Positions 1 through 8,279 of a DNA stretch of 28,659 nt are shown in pieces. The notes under the pieces are model-generated. The model saw only the letters and a program-made list of their open reading frames with translations. It was not told where the DNA came from and made no database searches. The stretch's first letter is position 1; each line of letters starts with the position of its first letter. Origin of the DNA: Candidatus Woesebacteria bacterium (GTDB lineage: Bacteria; Patescibacteriota; Microgenomatia; UBA1400; PJMF01); the NCBI GenBank assembly GCA_035388465.1, contig DAOOPX010000002.1, forward strand, positions 1 through 28,659, read 5' to 3'. The translations under genes were made by a program, and so were the position numbers.

Positions 1-674
1 CCTTTTTCTCTCACCTTACTGAAATCTAACACCAACATTTCATTTTTCCACTTCCGTTCATAAGCCATCACTTCCACCATCTCAATTGCCTGCGCCCAAC
101 CTTCGCGGCTGTCTGGGACTTCAAACCACTGTACCCCATTTTCTTTGCCATACTTGTGCACCGCATCGCGCACGCTTTCGTCGCGACCCCACTCGAAATC
201 GGGATGGGTATCACTAATCACGCAGCGGACACTGGGCATATTGTCCCAATCGACTAAACACATGTCGTCATCGTAGGCTCGACCTACCCCAGAACCATTC
301 ATCAGCAGATAAAATAAAATATAAGACGAACTTGCGGTGGAACAGTTGGTAAACACCTCCATGTTGCGCTTGAACTGAGTTTCGTCACCATGTTGCAAGT
401 GGCGGCCAGACATCAGAATTGAGCCATTGGCAATATGCTTGCGCAGCACTGCCCATTCTTCATCACGGTGCTTTTTCTGGCCTTTGGGTATCAAACTTAT
501 ATTACCGGTCGCCACCCGATCCGCCACTTCCGACCAGCTTTCCCAGTGTTCTTTGCCTGTACTTTTATCAGCAATTCTGCGTAAATAGGTGCGCCTGGCT
601 ACAGCTACTCCCATACCGCTGTCGAGCTTCCGCTCGATAAAACGCATTTTCTTTTTGGGTGTTGTGAGTAACAT
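1..674 (-). CDS. nrdJ: Class II (adenosylcobalamin-dependent) monomeric ribonucleoside-triphosphate reductase, 5' part; runs off the left edge
   Basis: Not in the ORF track; translated manually from ATG at 674 (AAAGGA SD upstream). Open to base 1: ..RRTYLRR..ESWSEVADRVATGNISL..SGRHL..FTNC..LMNGSGVG..VPDSREGW..LDFSKVREKG. This matches the L. leichmannii RTPR motif order (KRTYAR, WDETVKRVVEGN, SGRNL, NNC, LMKGGGVG, PDTREGW, LDLSDIRPYG). Confidence 0.92.
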   Translation of the reverse strand, partial: MLLTTPKKKMRFIERKLDSGMGVAVARRTYLRRIADKSTGKEHWESWSEVADRVATGNISLIPKGQKKHRDEEWAVLRKHIANGSILMSGRHLQHGDETQFKRNMEVFTNCSTASSSYILFYLLMNGSGVGRAYDDDMCLVDWDNMPSVRCVISDTHPDFEWGRDESVRDAVHKYGKENGVQWFEVPDSREGWAQAIEMVEVMAYERKWKNEMLVLDFSKVREK

Positions 675-690
675 AAAAGTACAATCCTTT

Positions 691-1149
691 CTATTGAGTG
701 TCGGTCTTGAGTTTGGAGATTTCTGACTCAAACTCTAATAAACTATCAAAGTCTCGGTAAACACTGGCGAACAATAAATAACCAAGCGCATCAAGTTTCT
801 TCAGTCGATTGAGCACCAGGTTGCCAATTTCCCAAGACTTGACTTCACTGGTGTTTTTTTGCCGCAACCTGGCTTCAACTTCATCGATCATGGCATCGAT
901 TTGAGCCATAGAAACTGGTCTTTTCCAAGTTGCCTTGACAATGCCACGCTTGAGTTTGTCCCGGGAGAAATCTTCGCGGACTCCGTCTTTCTTCAGCACT
1001 TTTAGCTCAATTCCTTCCACCCGTTCATAAGTGGTAAACCGCTTGTCACACTTGATGCAACTTCTTCGCCGGCGGATTGACTCGCCATCTTCGGTTAGGC
1101 GCGAGTCAATCACACTGGTATCTTTGTAGTGGCAGTATGGACAACGCAT
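691..1149 (-). CDS. nrdR: Transcriptional repressor NrdR
   Basis: MRCPYC..VIDSR..SIRRRRSCIKCDKRFTTYER zinc ribbon, ATP-cone, C-terminal YLLFASVYRDF; directly upstream of nrdJ. Confidence 0.97.
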   Translation of the reverse strand: MRCPYCHYKDTSVIDSRLTEDGESIRRRRSCIKCDKRFTTYERVEGIELKVLKKDGVREDFSRDKLKRGIVKATWKRPVSMAQIDAMIDEVEARLRQKNTSEVKSWEIGNLVLNRLKKLDALGYLLFASVYRDFDSLLEFESEISKLKTDTQ

Positions 1150-1173
1150 ATGATTTTTTCAAATTATCCGACT

Positions 1174-1221
1174 ACACTAACTGTTGTATTTTTACAATAG
1201 ACAAAACACAACATCTTGTGG
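1174..1221. promoter_or_regulatory. Tandem NrdR boxes upstream of nrdR-nrdJ
   Basis: ACACAACATCTTGTGG (1206-1221) fits acaCwAtATaTwGtg. A degenerate ACACTAACTGTTGTAT (1174-1189) lies 32 bp away, the typical tandem spacing. Confidence 0.75.
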
Positions 1222-1307
1222 GCAAGCAGTTAAGAGGAGCGCTAGAATGACACAAATCTGCCTACTCTGTCAACGCTCACAAAGGATATCAAAAATAATC
1301 AAATCGA

Positions 1308-2003
1308 TCAAAAGCCGGTATGGAGCAGTAACACCGTCCCCCAAATTGCGTGAGACAGCGTCAAAGCATAGAGATTGCGCCAGCGGTAGAAAAGCAAGGT
1401 TTGACCAAGTGCAAACAACGCTAATAATGAGCCTTGAGCAATGCTGGCGCTCAACTGTTCTCTCATGATTACACTAGGCAAGTGAAACAGTAAAAACAAA
1501 CCCACAGAAAGTCCGATCTGAAGATACCAACTCGATTTGGCATACTTTTGACCAATCACGCCTGCCAAAAATACAAAGAAAAATAAACTTTCCCAAAATC
1601 CGGTCATTAGAGCTAAAACGAACTCATACCAAAAAATGCTTGAAGCAAAAATTGGGGCGGCCTGGACCAGGCCGCCCTTAGCCACTAAACTCGCGATTGC
1701 TGTACTGAAACCATAAATTCCACCGATGGCTAATCCCAAAAAAAGACCCACCTCAAAGCGGCGCAAATCCAGCGGCATAAGCAAAGCTCGGCGCCTTGAA
1801 ACCACTAAGTAAAACCAAACCGGTAAACCAAAAAAAACTGCCTTACCAATTGTTTCATCAAACCAAATTGGAAAATGAAAAAACAAGCGATAACCCAGCC
1901 ACAATAAAAACGCCACTATTACTACCGGCCAAAATAGTACATGTTGATGAAGTTGATCAATTGGAGAATCAAGGTAGCTGGTTTTTTGTTTTGTTAATCG
2001 CAT
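1308..2003 (-). CDS. CPBP (CAAX protease/Abi) family intramembrane glutamic endopeptidase
   Basis: Multi-TM protein with WESLFF (EE-type motif), FLLFHLP and SHAIW motifs. The start may lie slightly downstream. Confidence 0.8.
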   Translation of the reverse strand: MRLTKQKTSYLDSPIDQLHQHVLFWPVVIVAFLLWLGYRLFFHFPIWFDETIGKAVFFGLPVWFYLVVSRRRALLMPLDLRRFEVGLFLGLAIGGIYGFSTAIASLVAKGGLVQAAPIFASSIFWYEFVLALMTGFWESLFFFVFLAGVIGQKYAKSSWYLQIGLSVGLFLLFHLPSVIMREQLSASIAQGSLLALFALGQTLLFYRWRNLYALTLSHAIWGTVLLLHTGF

Positions 2004-2595
2004 CGATCACGGCCTGAGTCACTTGCTCTTGATTGAGCGAGTAAGTATCTAATACTAAATCGTATAGATCTTCTCGCCAAAAATCAATTGGTTGGTTCGA
2101 AGCTACTCTACCGGGTTTGACTACCCACTTTTGCCACTCTGGAGCATATAATCTTTGCCATTTTTTCAAGTTTTCCTGGTAACGCTGATCAATGTGCGAT
2201 AAAGCTTCATCAATAGTCAAGCCGTCGCGATTGACTAAACGATCAACTTTAACAGCCTTATCTGAACAAATCATTAACACCTTAAGTACGTTGGGCACTC
2301 CTTGAGCCAAAAATCCTGATAACCAGGACTCAATAATCCAGTGGGTTTCTTCGCTCAGCTTTTCCCTGATGCCAAAATCAACTTGGCGATCAAACTCATC
2401 GTCGTAAACCATGGCTGAGTGATGAAACTTACTATTATTATCGAACAGACCTTTCTCTGTAGCATACGCACGCATAAACTCCCCACCGCTAAATGCCTGC
2501 CAACCCTGTGGAACTAGTACTCTCTTGAGATGATTGAGCAAGGTGGTCGAGCCCGCTCCTGGAAGACCTGAAATAGTTATATTTTTAATCAACAT
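1969..2595 (-). CDS. Cytidylate kinase-like P-loop kinase (archaeal-type Cmk family)
   Basis: ISGLPGAGSTT Walker A, SGGEFMR, DRQVD, IIESWLSG, DLVLDT. Confidence 0.75.
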   Translation of the reverse strand: MLIKNITISGLPGAGSTTLLNHLKRVLVPQGWQAFSGGEFMRAYATEKGLFDNNSKFHHSAMVYDDEFDRQVDFGIREKLSEETHWIIESWLSGFLAQGVPNVLKVLMICSDKAVKVDRLVNRDGLTIDEALSHIDQRYQENLKKWQRLYAPEWQKWVVKPGRVASNQPIDFWREDLYDLVLDTYSLNQEQVTQAVIDAINKTKNQLP

Positions 2596-2603
2596 TGGGC
2601 TGT

Positions 2604-2632
2604 ATTTTGAAACAGAGTTGCTTTACTGTCAA
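2604..2632 (-). promoter_or_regulatory. Sigma70-type promoter of the Cmk-like gene (leaderless-type)
   Basis: TTGACA (2632-2627), 17-bp spacer, CAAAAT (2609-2604), then 8 nt to ATG 2595; no SD. Confidence 0.6.
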
Positions 2633-2640
2633 TCAGAAAC

Positions 2641-3141
2641 TCATTGATGGGCACAGTTCATACTTGCTTCGATCGCCAAAAATATTTGTTCAACCTTCGC
2701 TAAAGCTTCTTCTAGATTTAGACCTCTCAAATCATCGGGAAAAAAATGGAAGACGCGGTTACGACACTCCAACCATGCTGTCCAAATTTGTTTTGCTAAC
2801 TCAGGTGTACAGTTTGCTGCTAGGTCGTCATAAAACCAAAACTCGTCGCGCTGATCCTGATGCACATCAGGGTTCAGCGCGCGTCCAATCCTGAAACGTT
2901 TACTTTTGTACAGCTGCTCGTCAATCAATTTTACTTCTAGCAAATAATATTTTAAAAAACCTTCATAAGCTTTTCCCGCCGTAAAAACCAGGAACGAGTA
3001 ATCAAAATAATTGGAATGATTGTTTTTTTGCTGTTGACACAATACAATAGTCAAGTCAAGTAACTCACGTATTTCTTTAGGCAGCGAACGAAACCAACCT
3101 GCCTGTTGAAATACTTGCCAATCTAATAAATCTGGTTTCAT
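2641..3141 (-). CDS. Stand-alone HEPN protein resembling the RnlA C-terminal (DBD) RNase domain
   Basis: Start revised to ATG 3141 (AGAGGA SD). DYSFLVFTAGKAYEGFLK resembles RnlA DYCMLLYPELRTIEGVLK; CRNRVFH gives the R-x4-H motif. Confidence 0.65.
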   Translation of the reverse strand: MKPDLLDWQVFQQAGWFRSLPKEIRELLDLTIVLCQQQKNNHSNYFDYSFLVFTAGKAYEGFLKYYLLEVKLIDEQLYKSKRFRIGRALNPDVHQDQRDEFWFYDDLAANCTPELAKQIWTAWLECRNRVFHFFPDDLRGLNLEEALAKVEQIFLAIEASMNCAHQ

Positions 3142-3160
3142 TATTTCCTCTAACCAAAGT

Positions 3161-5560
3161 ATGACAAGAACTCGCCGAAGCCGCAAGCCACACTCTAACT
3201 GGTCAAATCAAGTTAAACAATCGTTGTTGGGTAAAGCAAAAAAACAAACCCGGATTCATCTAAACCTGAAAAAGTTTTATCGAAGAATTACAGCCGTTTT
3301 GAAAAACATCAAAAAACTCAATTTGAAGAAAATCCCAAAGCTGTTGGGCAGAAAAATTCTCCAACTTTTCCTCTGGCCTTTCACTGGATTGAGAAAATGG
3401 TTTACTTTATCCTTTGCCATTCTCGCGACCATCGGCTTTGTCTATCTGCTTAAAGAGCTGCCATCACCCACCACGCTTACTTCTAGTGAAAACTATGCCG
3501 TTAGTACTCAAATTTTTGATCGTAACGGTACCCTACTTTATGAGATTTTTGCCGATGAAAACCGTATCCCAGTCAAGTTGTCAAATCTGCCTGATCACGT
3601 CAAACAAGCCACAATTGCGATTGAGGACAAAAATTTCTACCGTCATTTTGGCTTTGACATCCGGGGCATTGTCAGAGCGGGATTGAAAAATACCAGGGGT
3701 GAACGAGTTGAGGGTGGATCAACTATCACTCAGCAGCTGGTGAAAAATGCCTTACTGACGCGCGAGAAAACTTTCGAGCGCAAATTTAAAGAGTTATTTT
3801 TATCAATAATTACTGAAGTGATCTACTCCAAAGAAGAGATTCTGGAGATGTATCTTAACTACATTCCATACGGTGGTACTGCCGTAGGCATCGAGGCAGC
3901 GGCTCAACAGTACTTCAATAAATCTGCTCAAAATTTAAGCTTGGCTGAAGCGTCTTTATTGGCCGGCTTACCTCAAGCACCCAGTCGTTACTCGCCGTTT
4001 CAATCAGATCAAACCGCGGCCAAAAATCGTCAAGCGGAGGTTTTGCGCCGAATGGCTGAGGATGGCTACATTACTTTTGCAGTAAGCCAAGAAGCTCAAT
4101 CCAACCCCCTGATTTATGCTTTGGATCAAACCGATATTCAAGCCCCTCATTTCGTCTTCTACGTCCGGGACTTACTAGTCGAAAAATATGGTGTTGATGA
4201 AGTAGAAAAAGGTGGGCTCCGGGTTACTACTAGTTTAGATCTAACTTTGCAAAACACAGTGCAGGAGAAAGTAAAAGAAGAGATCGACCAACTAGCCAAC
4301 TACCGTGTTAGCAATGGAGCAGCTCTGATAATTAAACCCCAAACGGGAGAAGTACTAAGCATGGTAGGTTCCCGTGATTATTTTGATGTCGCTGCCGACG
4401 GTCAAGTCAATGTCACCCTTGCCCAAAGACAACCGGGGAGTTCGATCAAGCCGATCATGTACTCGATATCGTTTCAAGAAAAAGTTCTCAATCCCGGTAC
4501 AATCTTGATGGATACTGAGACTTGTTTTGAAGAACCTGGTCAAAAACCCTACTGTCCCAAAAACTATGACGGTACATTCAAAGGCCCAGTGACTGTTAGA
4601 CAGTCTCTGGGCAACTCTCTCAACATCCCTGCTGTTAAATCTCTCAAAGCCCTGGGAGTTGAAAAATTCATCGAGTGGGGCAACAAAATGGGCATCAGCT
4701 CTTGGCAAGATCCCTCTCGTTACGGCCTGTCACTCACTCTAGGTGGGGGCGAAGTAAGAATGATTGATTTAGCCCAAGCTTTTGCAGTTCTGGCCGATCA
4801 AGGAGTCAAGGTGCCAATTAACCCAATTTTAAAAATTGAGGACTATCGTGGCAATCTACTGTACGACGCTCAAATTGAACAAAAAATCAAAGATTTAGAG
4901 TACCTTAATCTTTATGAAGACGAAGCAACCGCGGGAGAGTTGACGCGGGTGCTTAACCGAGCACCCGCGTACCTGGCCAGTCACATCATGCAAGACAACA
5001 CGGCGCGATCTTGGGCCTTCGGCACAAGATCGCAACTGGTTATTCCTGATCAAGTAGTTAGCGTTAAAACTGGAACAACTAATAATTTGAAAGACAACTG
5101 GACGGTGGGCTTCACTCCTGAGTTTTTGGTTGCTACTTGGGTCGGCAATAACAATGGCGACCCAATGAATCCATACCTGGTTTCTGGTGTTACTGGTGCC
5201 GCACCAATCTGGAATCAGATCATGTCTCATTTGCTCAAAGATAAAGAGCCAGTGTGGCAGGAAAAACCCCCAGACGTTAAGTCTGAAAACGTCTGTTACC
5301 ACGGCATGCCCCTACAAGACAAGGAATCTTGTCAAAGTCGTGGTAAAGAATTTTACTGGACCGCAAGCGTCCCCTCAAACGTCAAGATTATCAAACAACA
5401 AATTTGGATTGACCCTGAAACCGGCGCCCCACCTCCACCAGATCAAGTAGTTGAAGGTTTGGTGATCGAAGAACATAGTTTTTATCAAGATCCCTACTCT
5501 GATGAGCTTGAGTGCATGGACTGTGTCATCAAGGTGGAGGTAGAAACAATAACTTTGTAA
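3161..5560 (+). CDS. Class A penicillin-binding protein (PBP1a family; GT51 + transpeptidase)
   Basis: EDKNFYRHFG, GGSTITQQLVKN, RKFKE, YLNYIPYG; transpeptidase SSIK, SLN and KTGT; one TM after a basic N-terminus. Confidence 0.96.
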   Translation: MTRTRRSRKPHSNWSNQVKQSLLGKAKKQTRIHLNLKKFYRRITAVLKNIKKLNLKKIPKLLGRKILQLFLWPFTGLRKWFTLSFAILATIGFVYLLKELPSPTTLTSSENYAVSTQIFDRNGTLLYEIFADENRIPVKLSNLPDHVKQATIAIEDKNFYRHFGFDIRGIVRAGLKNTRGERVEGGSTITQQLVKNALLTREKTFERKFKELFLSIITEVIYSKEEILEMYLNYIPYGGTAVGIEAAAQQYFNKSAQNLSLAEASLLAGLPQAPSRYSPFQSDQTAAKNRQAEVLRRMAEDGYITFAVSQEAQSNPLIYALDQTDIQAPHFVFYVRDLLVEKYGVDEVEKGGLRVTTSLDLTLQNTVQEKVKEEIDQLANYRVSNGAALIIKPQTGEVLSMVGSRDYFDVAADGQVNVTLAQRQPGSSIKPIMYSISFQEKVLNPGTILMDTETCFEEPGQKPYCPKNYDGTFKGPVTVRQSLGNSLNIPAVKSLKALGVEKFIEWGNKMGISSWQDPSRYGLSLTLGGGEVRMIDLAQAFAVLADQGVKVPINPILKIEDYRGNLLYDAQIEQKIKDLEYLNLYEDEATAGELTRVLNRAPAYLASHIMQDNTARSWAFGTRSQLVIPDQVVSVKTGTTNNLKDNWTVGFTPEFLVATWVGNNNGDPMNPYLVSGVTGAAPIWNQIMSHLLKDKEPVWQEKPPDVKSENVCYHGMPLQDKESCQSRGKEFYWTASVPSNVKIIKQQIWIDPETGAPPPPDQVVEGLVIEEHSFYQDPYSDELECMDCVIKVEVETITL

Positions 5561-5585
5561 CTAAGCAGGTATAAACAAAATAAAG

Positions 5586-6812
5586 ATGAGTGGTGTTTCG
5601 TTTCTTAATTGGTTGGATCAAAACAAGTGGAAGTTAAACTTTGTCGTATTGGTTATCACCTTGCTTCTTGTAGGGGGTGCTTTTGCCATTTGGTCGAGAT
5701 GGGAGCTGCCCTTGACTTCTCCCATCTCGCCCCAAACTAGATTTCGCTTCACGTTGGGCAGTTGGTTACGCCAACCAACTGCCCAACCTCCCGTCGTCTA
5801 CGGCTTTTTACCGTACTGGAACCTCAAATCTGCCCAGATTAATCCAAATCTGACGCATCTGTCTTACTTCAGTTTGACTGTCGGACCAGACGGTTCACTC
5901 GAAACCACTGGAGATGACGAAAGCTTGGCGGGTTATCGCGGCCTTCAATCTGACAGGTTTTTAGAGATCATTGAGATCATGGAAAAGGAAGAAATAAATT
6001 TGGAACTAGTGCTCAAGCAGTTCTCCAACGACGATGCTGCCAAATTTATTCCTGATCAAAAGGCTCAAGAAAATCTCTACTCGCAGCTCAGCTCGTTGCT
6101 GCTGGCGTATCCTGTAGCGGGCATTAATCTGGATTTTGAGCTAACCAAACTATGGCCTGATGCCCAACCGCAATTCACTCAATTTGTGCAAAACCTGAAA
6201 CAATATCTAATCAAGCATCATCCCAATGCCAAACTGTCAATCGATGTTTATGCCAGCGCTGCCCAAGGTCAAAATTTGTGGAACATTGCCGCCCTCGAAC
6301 CCTGGACGGATTGGTTTGTGGTGATGGCCTATGATTTCCACCAACGCGGATCACCTCAAGCAGGACCAGTTGCTCCACTGATTGGTACTCAAGCAGGCTC
6401 CCACAATAATATTAATGCCAACCTTAAAGAGTTTTTGGAACAGGTGCCACCAGCGAAAATCTTGCTCGGCATTCCTTTTTATGGTTACGAGTGGCAAACC
6501 GATTCCAGAAATCAGTCGGCAAATACCTATCCCGATACCGGCAGAACAGCCACTTATGAACGCGTTCAGGATGTGTTATCTCAAAAAAGGGCGCTCCAAG
6601 TCAAAGAATCGTGGAACGATATTGCCCTTGTGCCGTATTTATCATATGAAAAAGACGACCTAACATATATTATTTACTACGAAAACCAACGTTCGCTCGT
6701 GTACAAAATCGATTATGTTAACCAGCTCAATCTCGCAGGCATTGCCATTTGGGCGCTTGGCTATGAAGGTGACAACCAAGACCTTTGGACAGTCATCGAT
6801 CAAAAACTATAA
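5586..6812 (+). CDS. Membrane-anchored GH18 glycoside hydrolase
   Basis: N-terminal TM, YGFLPYW, GINLDFE catalytic motif, VMAYDFH, LLGIPFYGY, GIAIWALG. Confidence 0.9.
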   Translation: MSGVSFLNWLDQNKWKLNFVVLVITLLLVGGAFAIWSRWELPLTSPISPQTRFRFTLGSWLRQPTAQPPVVYGFLPYWNLKSAQINPNLTHLSYFSLTVGPDGSLETTGDDESLAGYRGLQSDRFLEIIEIMEKEEINLELVLKQFSNDDAAKFIPDQKAQENLYSQLSSLLLAYPVAGINLDFELTKLWPDAQPQFTQFVQNLKQYLIKHHPNAKLSIDVYASAAQGQNLWNIAALEPWTDWFVVMAYDFHQRGSPQAGPVAPLIGTQAGSHNNINANLKEFLEQVPPAKILLGIPFYGYEWQTDSRNQSANTYPDTGRTATYERVQDVLSQKRALQVKESWNDIALVPYLSYEKDDLTYIIYYENQRSLVYKIDYVNQLNLAGIAIWALGYEGDNQDLWTVIDQKL

Positions 6813-6862
6813 GTGTTAATGATATACTTTGACTAGTTAAAAACAAATAACAAGGCAAACAT

Positions 6863-7663
6863 ATGTCGGGCAATCCCTACATCAAAGAGCATGCAGCCGA
6901 TGCCCTACCTAACCCAATACTTCCTCAACCTGAAGTTGCTATTCATGGTGATGTGACGGCAGAAACTAAAAGTGTAATTGCTCAAGCAGTTGCTGCTGAG
7001 ATCGCCAATGTTCACAGCCATTACACGGAGTGCGGAATTGTTTTCCCCGATGTTAAACCTAGTGCGCTTAAAGTTGAAATTTATGATGATCAGAATTACC
7101 GCCTCTTTTCTGATGGCCCAAACAACTGGAAATTCAACTATTTATTAGGAGTTAAGAACCGAGAATCAATCCTTATTAATGCCAGTTTGATTGGCTTGTT
7201 CCCAGATTTATGGTTAACGATGGTCAATCATGAGATTCGCCATGTATATATTGCAAGAGGTGTTGGAATAGATACCTTCCTGCTGTCATTCCCTCTCAAA
7301 GAAGGCGTTGCTGGCTTGGCTATTGATTCAACATCAAGATTAAAACAAATTTTCGCTGATGGAAAAGATAAATTAATTCCAACTTTATCGATCCATAGTT
7401 GGGATTTGGAGTTTGATAAAGCCGAAACTGATCGCAGGTGTTTCGTTGACAGTCCATATTATTTAGGAATGTTCAGTTTTTTTCATGATTATGTTGGTAT
7501 TAATTTAGGTTTGTTATCAAAGCTGGTTGGTCTCTATCCACAGTTGAAAGATAATCCACGCTCTCTGACAGAGATCTGGAGGCAGACATACCCCGAGCTC
7601 CCTTCCTTAGAGACTCTACAAGATGACTGGCTAAGAGTAAATGATTTCCAACGTTACGTTTAA
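6863..7663 (+). CDS. Putative gluzincin metallopeptidase (peptidase MA-like), no signal peptide
   Basis: HEIRH followed 19 residues later by EG; C-terminal SLETLQDDW. Own extended -10 TGATATACT at 6820-6828. Confidence 0.55.
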   Translation: MSGNPYIKEHAADALPNPILPQPEVAIHGDVTAETKSVIAQAVAAEIANVHSHYTECGIVFPDVKPSALKVEIYDDQNYRLFSDGPNNWKFNYLLGVKNRESILINASLIGLFPDLWLTMVNHEIRHVYIARGVGIDTFLLSFPLKEGVAGLAIDSTSRLKQIFADGKDKLIPTLSIHSWDLEFDKAETDRRCFVDSPYYLGMFSFFHDYVGINLGLLSKLVGLYPQLKDNPRSLTEIWRQTYPELPSLETLQDDWLRVNDFQRYV

Positions 7664-7691
7664 ACATATTACAAGTGTTATAATTAACATC

Positions 7692-7991
7692 ATGAAATCA
7701 GCCAAAATGAACAACAAGAAAACGATTCTTGACTATCGAGTAATCGTCAAACCTGATAAACGTACCGGAAGCAATAAAGATTGCTACGTTGCGACCTGTC
7801 CCACCCTTGGACTCACCGACGATGGTACCACTGTGGAAGAAGCAATCAGTAACGTACGACAAATGATTATTTTCCACTTGGATTGCCTTGAAAAAGAAGG
7901 TCGCGAGATACCAGTCGACACTCCTCAATCAGAGTTGGTCACCAGTACCCAGATCGAGGTATCTTTGCGTCATCACAATTTTGCATATTAA
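7692..7991 (+). CDS. hicB: HicB-family antitoxin (short form, no DNA-binding domain)
   Basis: YVATCPTLGLTDDGTTVEEAISNVRQMI..HLDCL..EGREIP. Start placed at ATG 7692, 7 nt after TGTTATAAT (7676-7684). Confidence 0.88.
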   Translation: MKSAKMNNKKTILDYRVIVKPDKRTGSNKDCYVATCPTLGLTDDGTTVEEAISNVRQMIIFHLDCLEKEGREIPVDTPQSELVTSTQIEVSLRHHNFAY

Positions 7992-7993
7992 CT

Positions 7994-8209
7994 ATGGTCA
8001 AGTTACCATCGTTCACAGCTAAACGACTACTCAAGGTGCTTCTTAAAAACGGGTTTGAAATCAGGCGACAAACCGGCAGCAACGCTAGATTGATCCATCC
8101 CGACGGAAGAGCTACAACTATTGCAATACACAATCGTGATATCGCTCGCGGCACACTCAGGGCAGTGCTAAAACAAACTGGTTTAAAAATCACAGACTTA
8201 CACAAATGA
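7994..8209 (+). CDS. hicA: HicA-family toxin with GSH changed to GSN
   Basis: LLKNGFEIRRQTGSNARLIHPDGRATTIAIHNRDIARGTLRAVLKQTG; codon 30 is AAC (8081-8083). Confidence 0.88.
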   Translation: MVKLPSFTAKRLLKVLLKNGFEIRRQTGSNARLIHPDGRATTIAIHNRDIARGTLRAVLKQTGLKITDLHK

Positions 8210-8251
8210 TAATTTAATTCGCTTGGAGCAATTTTTGTGCTGTTGCACTTG

Positions 8252-8275
8252 GGCTGGATGTGATAATATCCAGCC
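8252..8275. promoter_or_regulatory. Inverted repeat enclosing an extended -10 upstream of the second PBP
   Basis: GGCTGGAT-gtgataat-ATCCAGCC; TGTGATAAT ends 12 nt before ATG 8280. Confidence 0.4.
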
Positions 8276-8279
8276 AGTA

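Noticed and set aside
419-640. Plus-strand 73-aa ORF
   Set aside because: Antisense shadow of nrdJ, which has clear motifs on the minus strand.
3161-3186. Apparent coding overlap between the HEPN ORF (TTG 3186) and PBP1a
   Set aside because: An artefact of the upstream TTG; ATG 3141 has an SD, and that TTG is better read as part of a -35 element.
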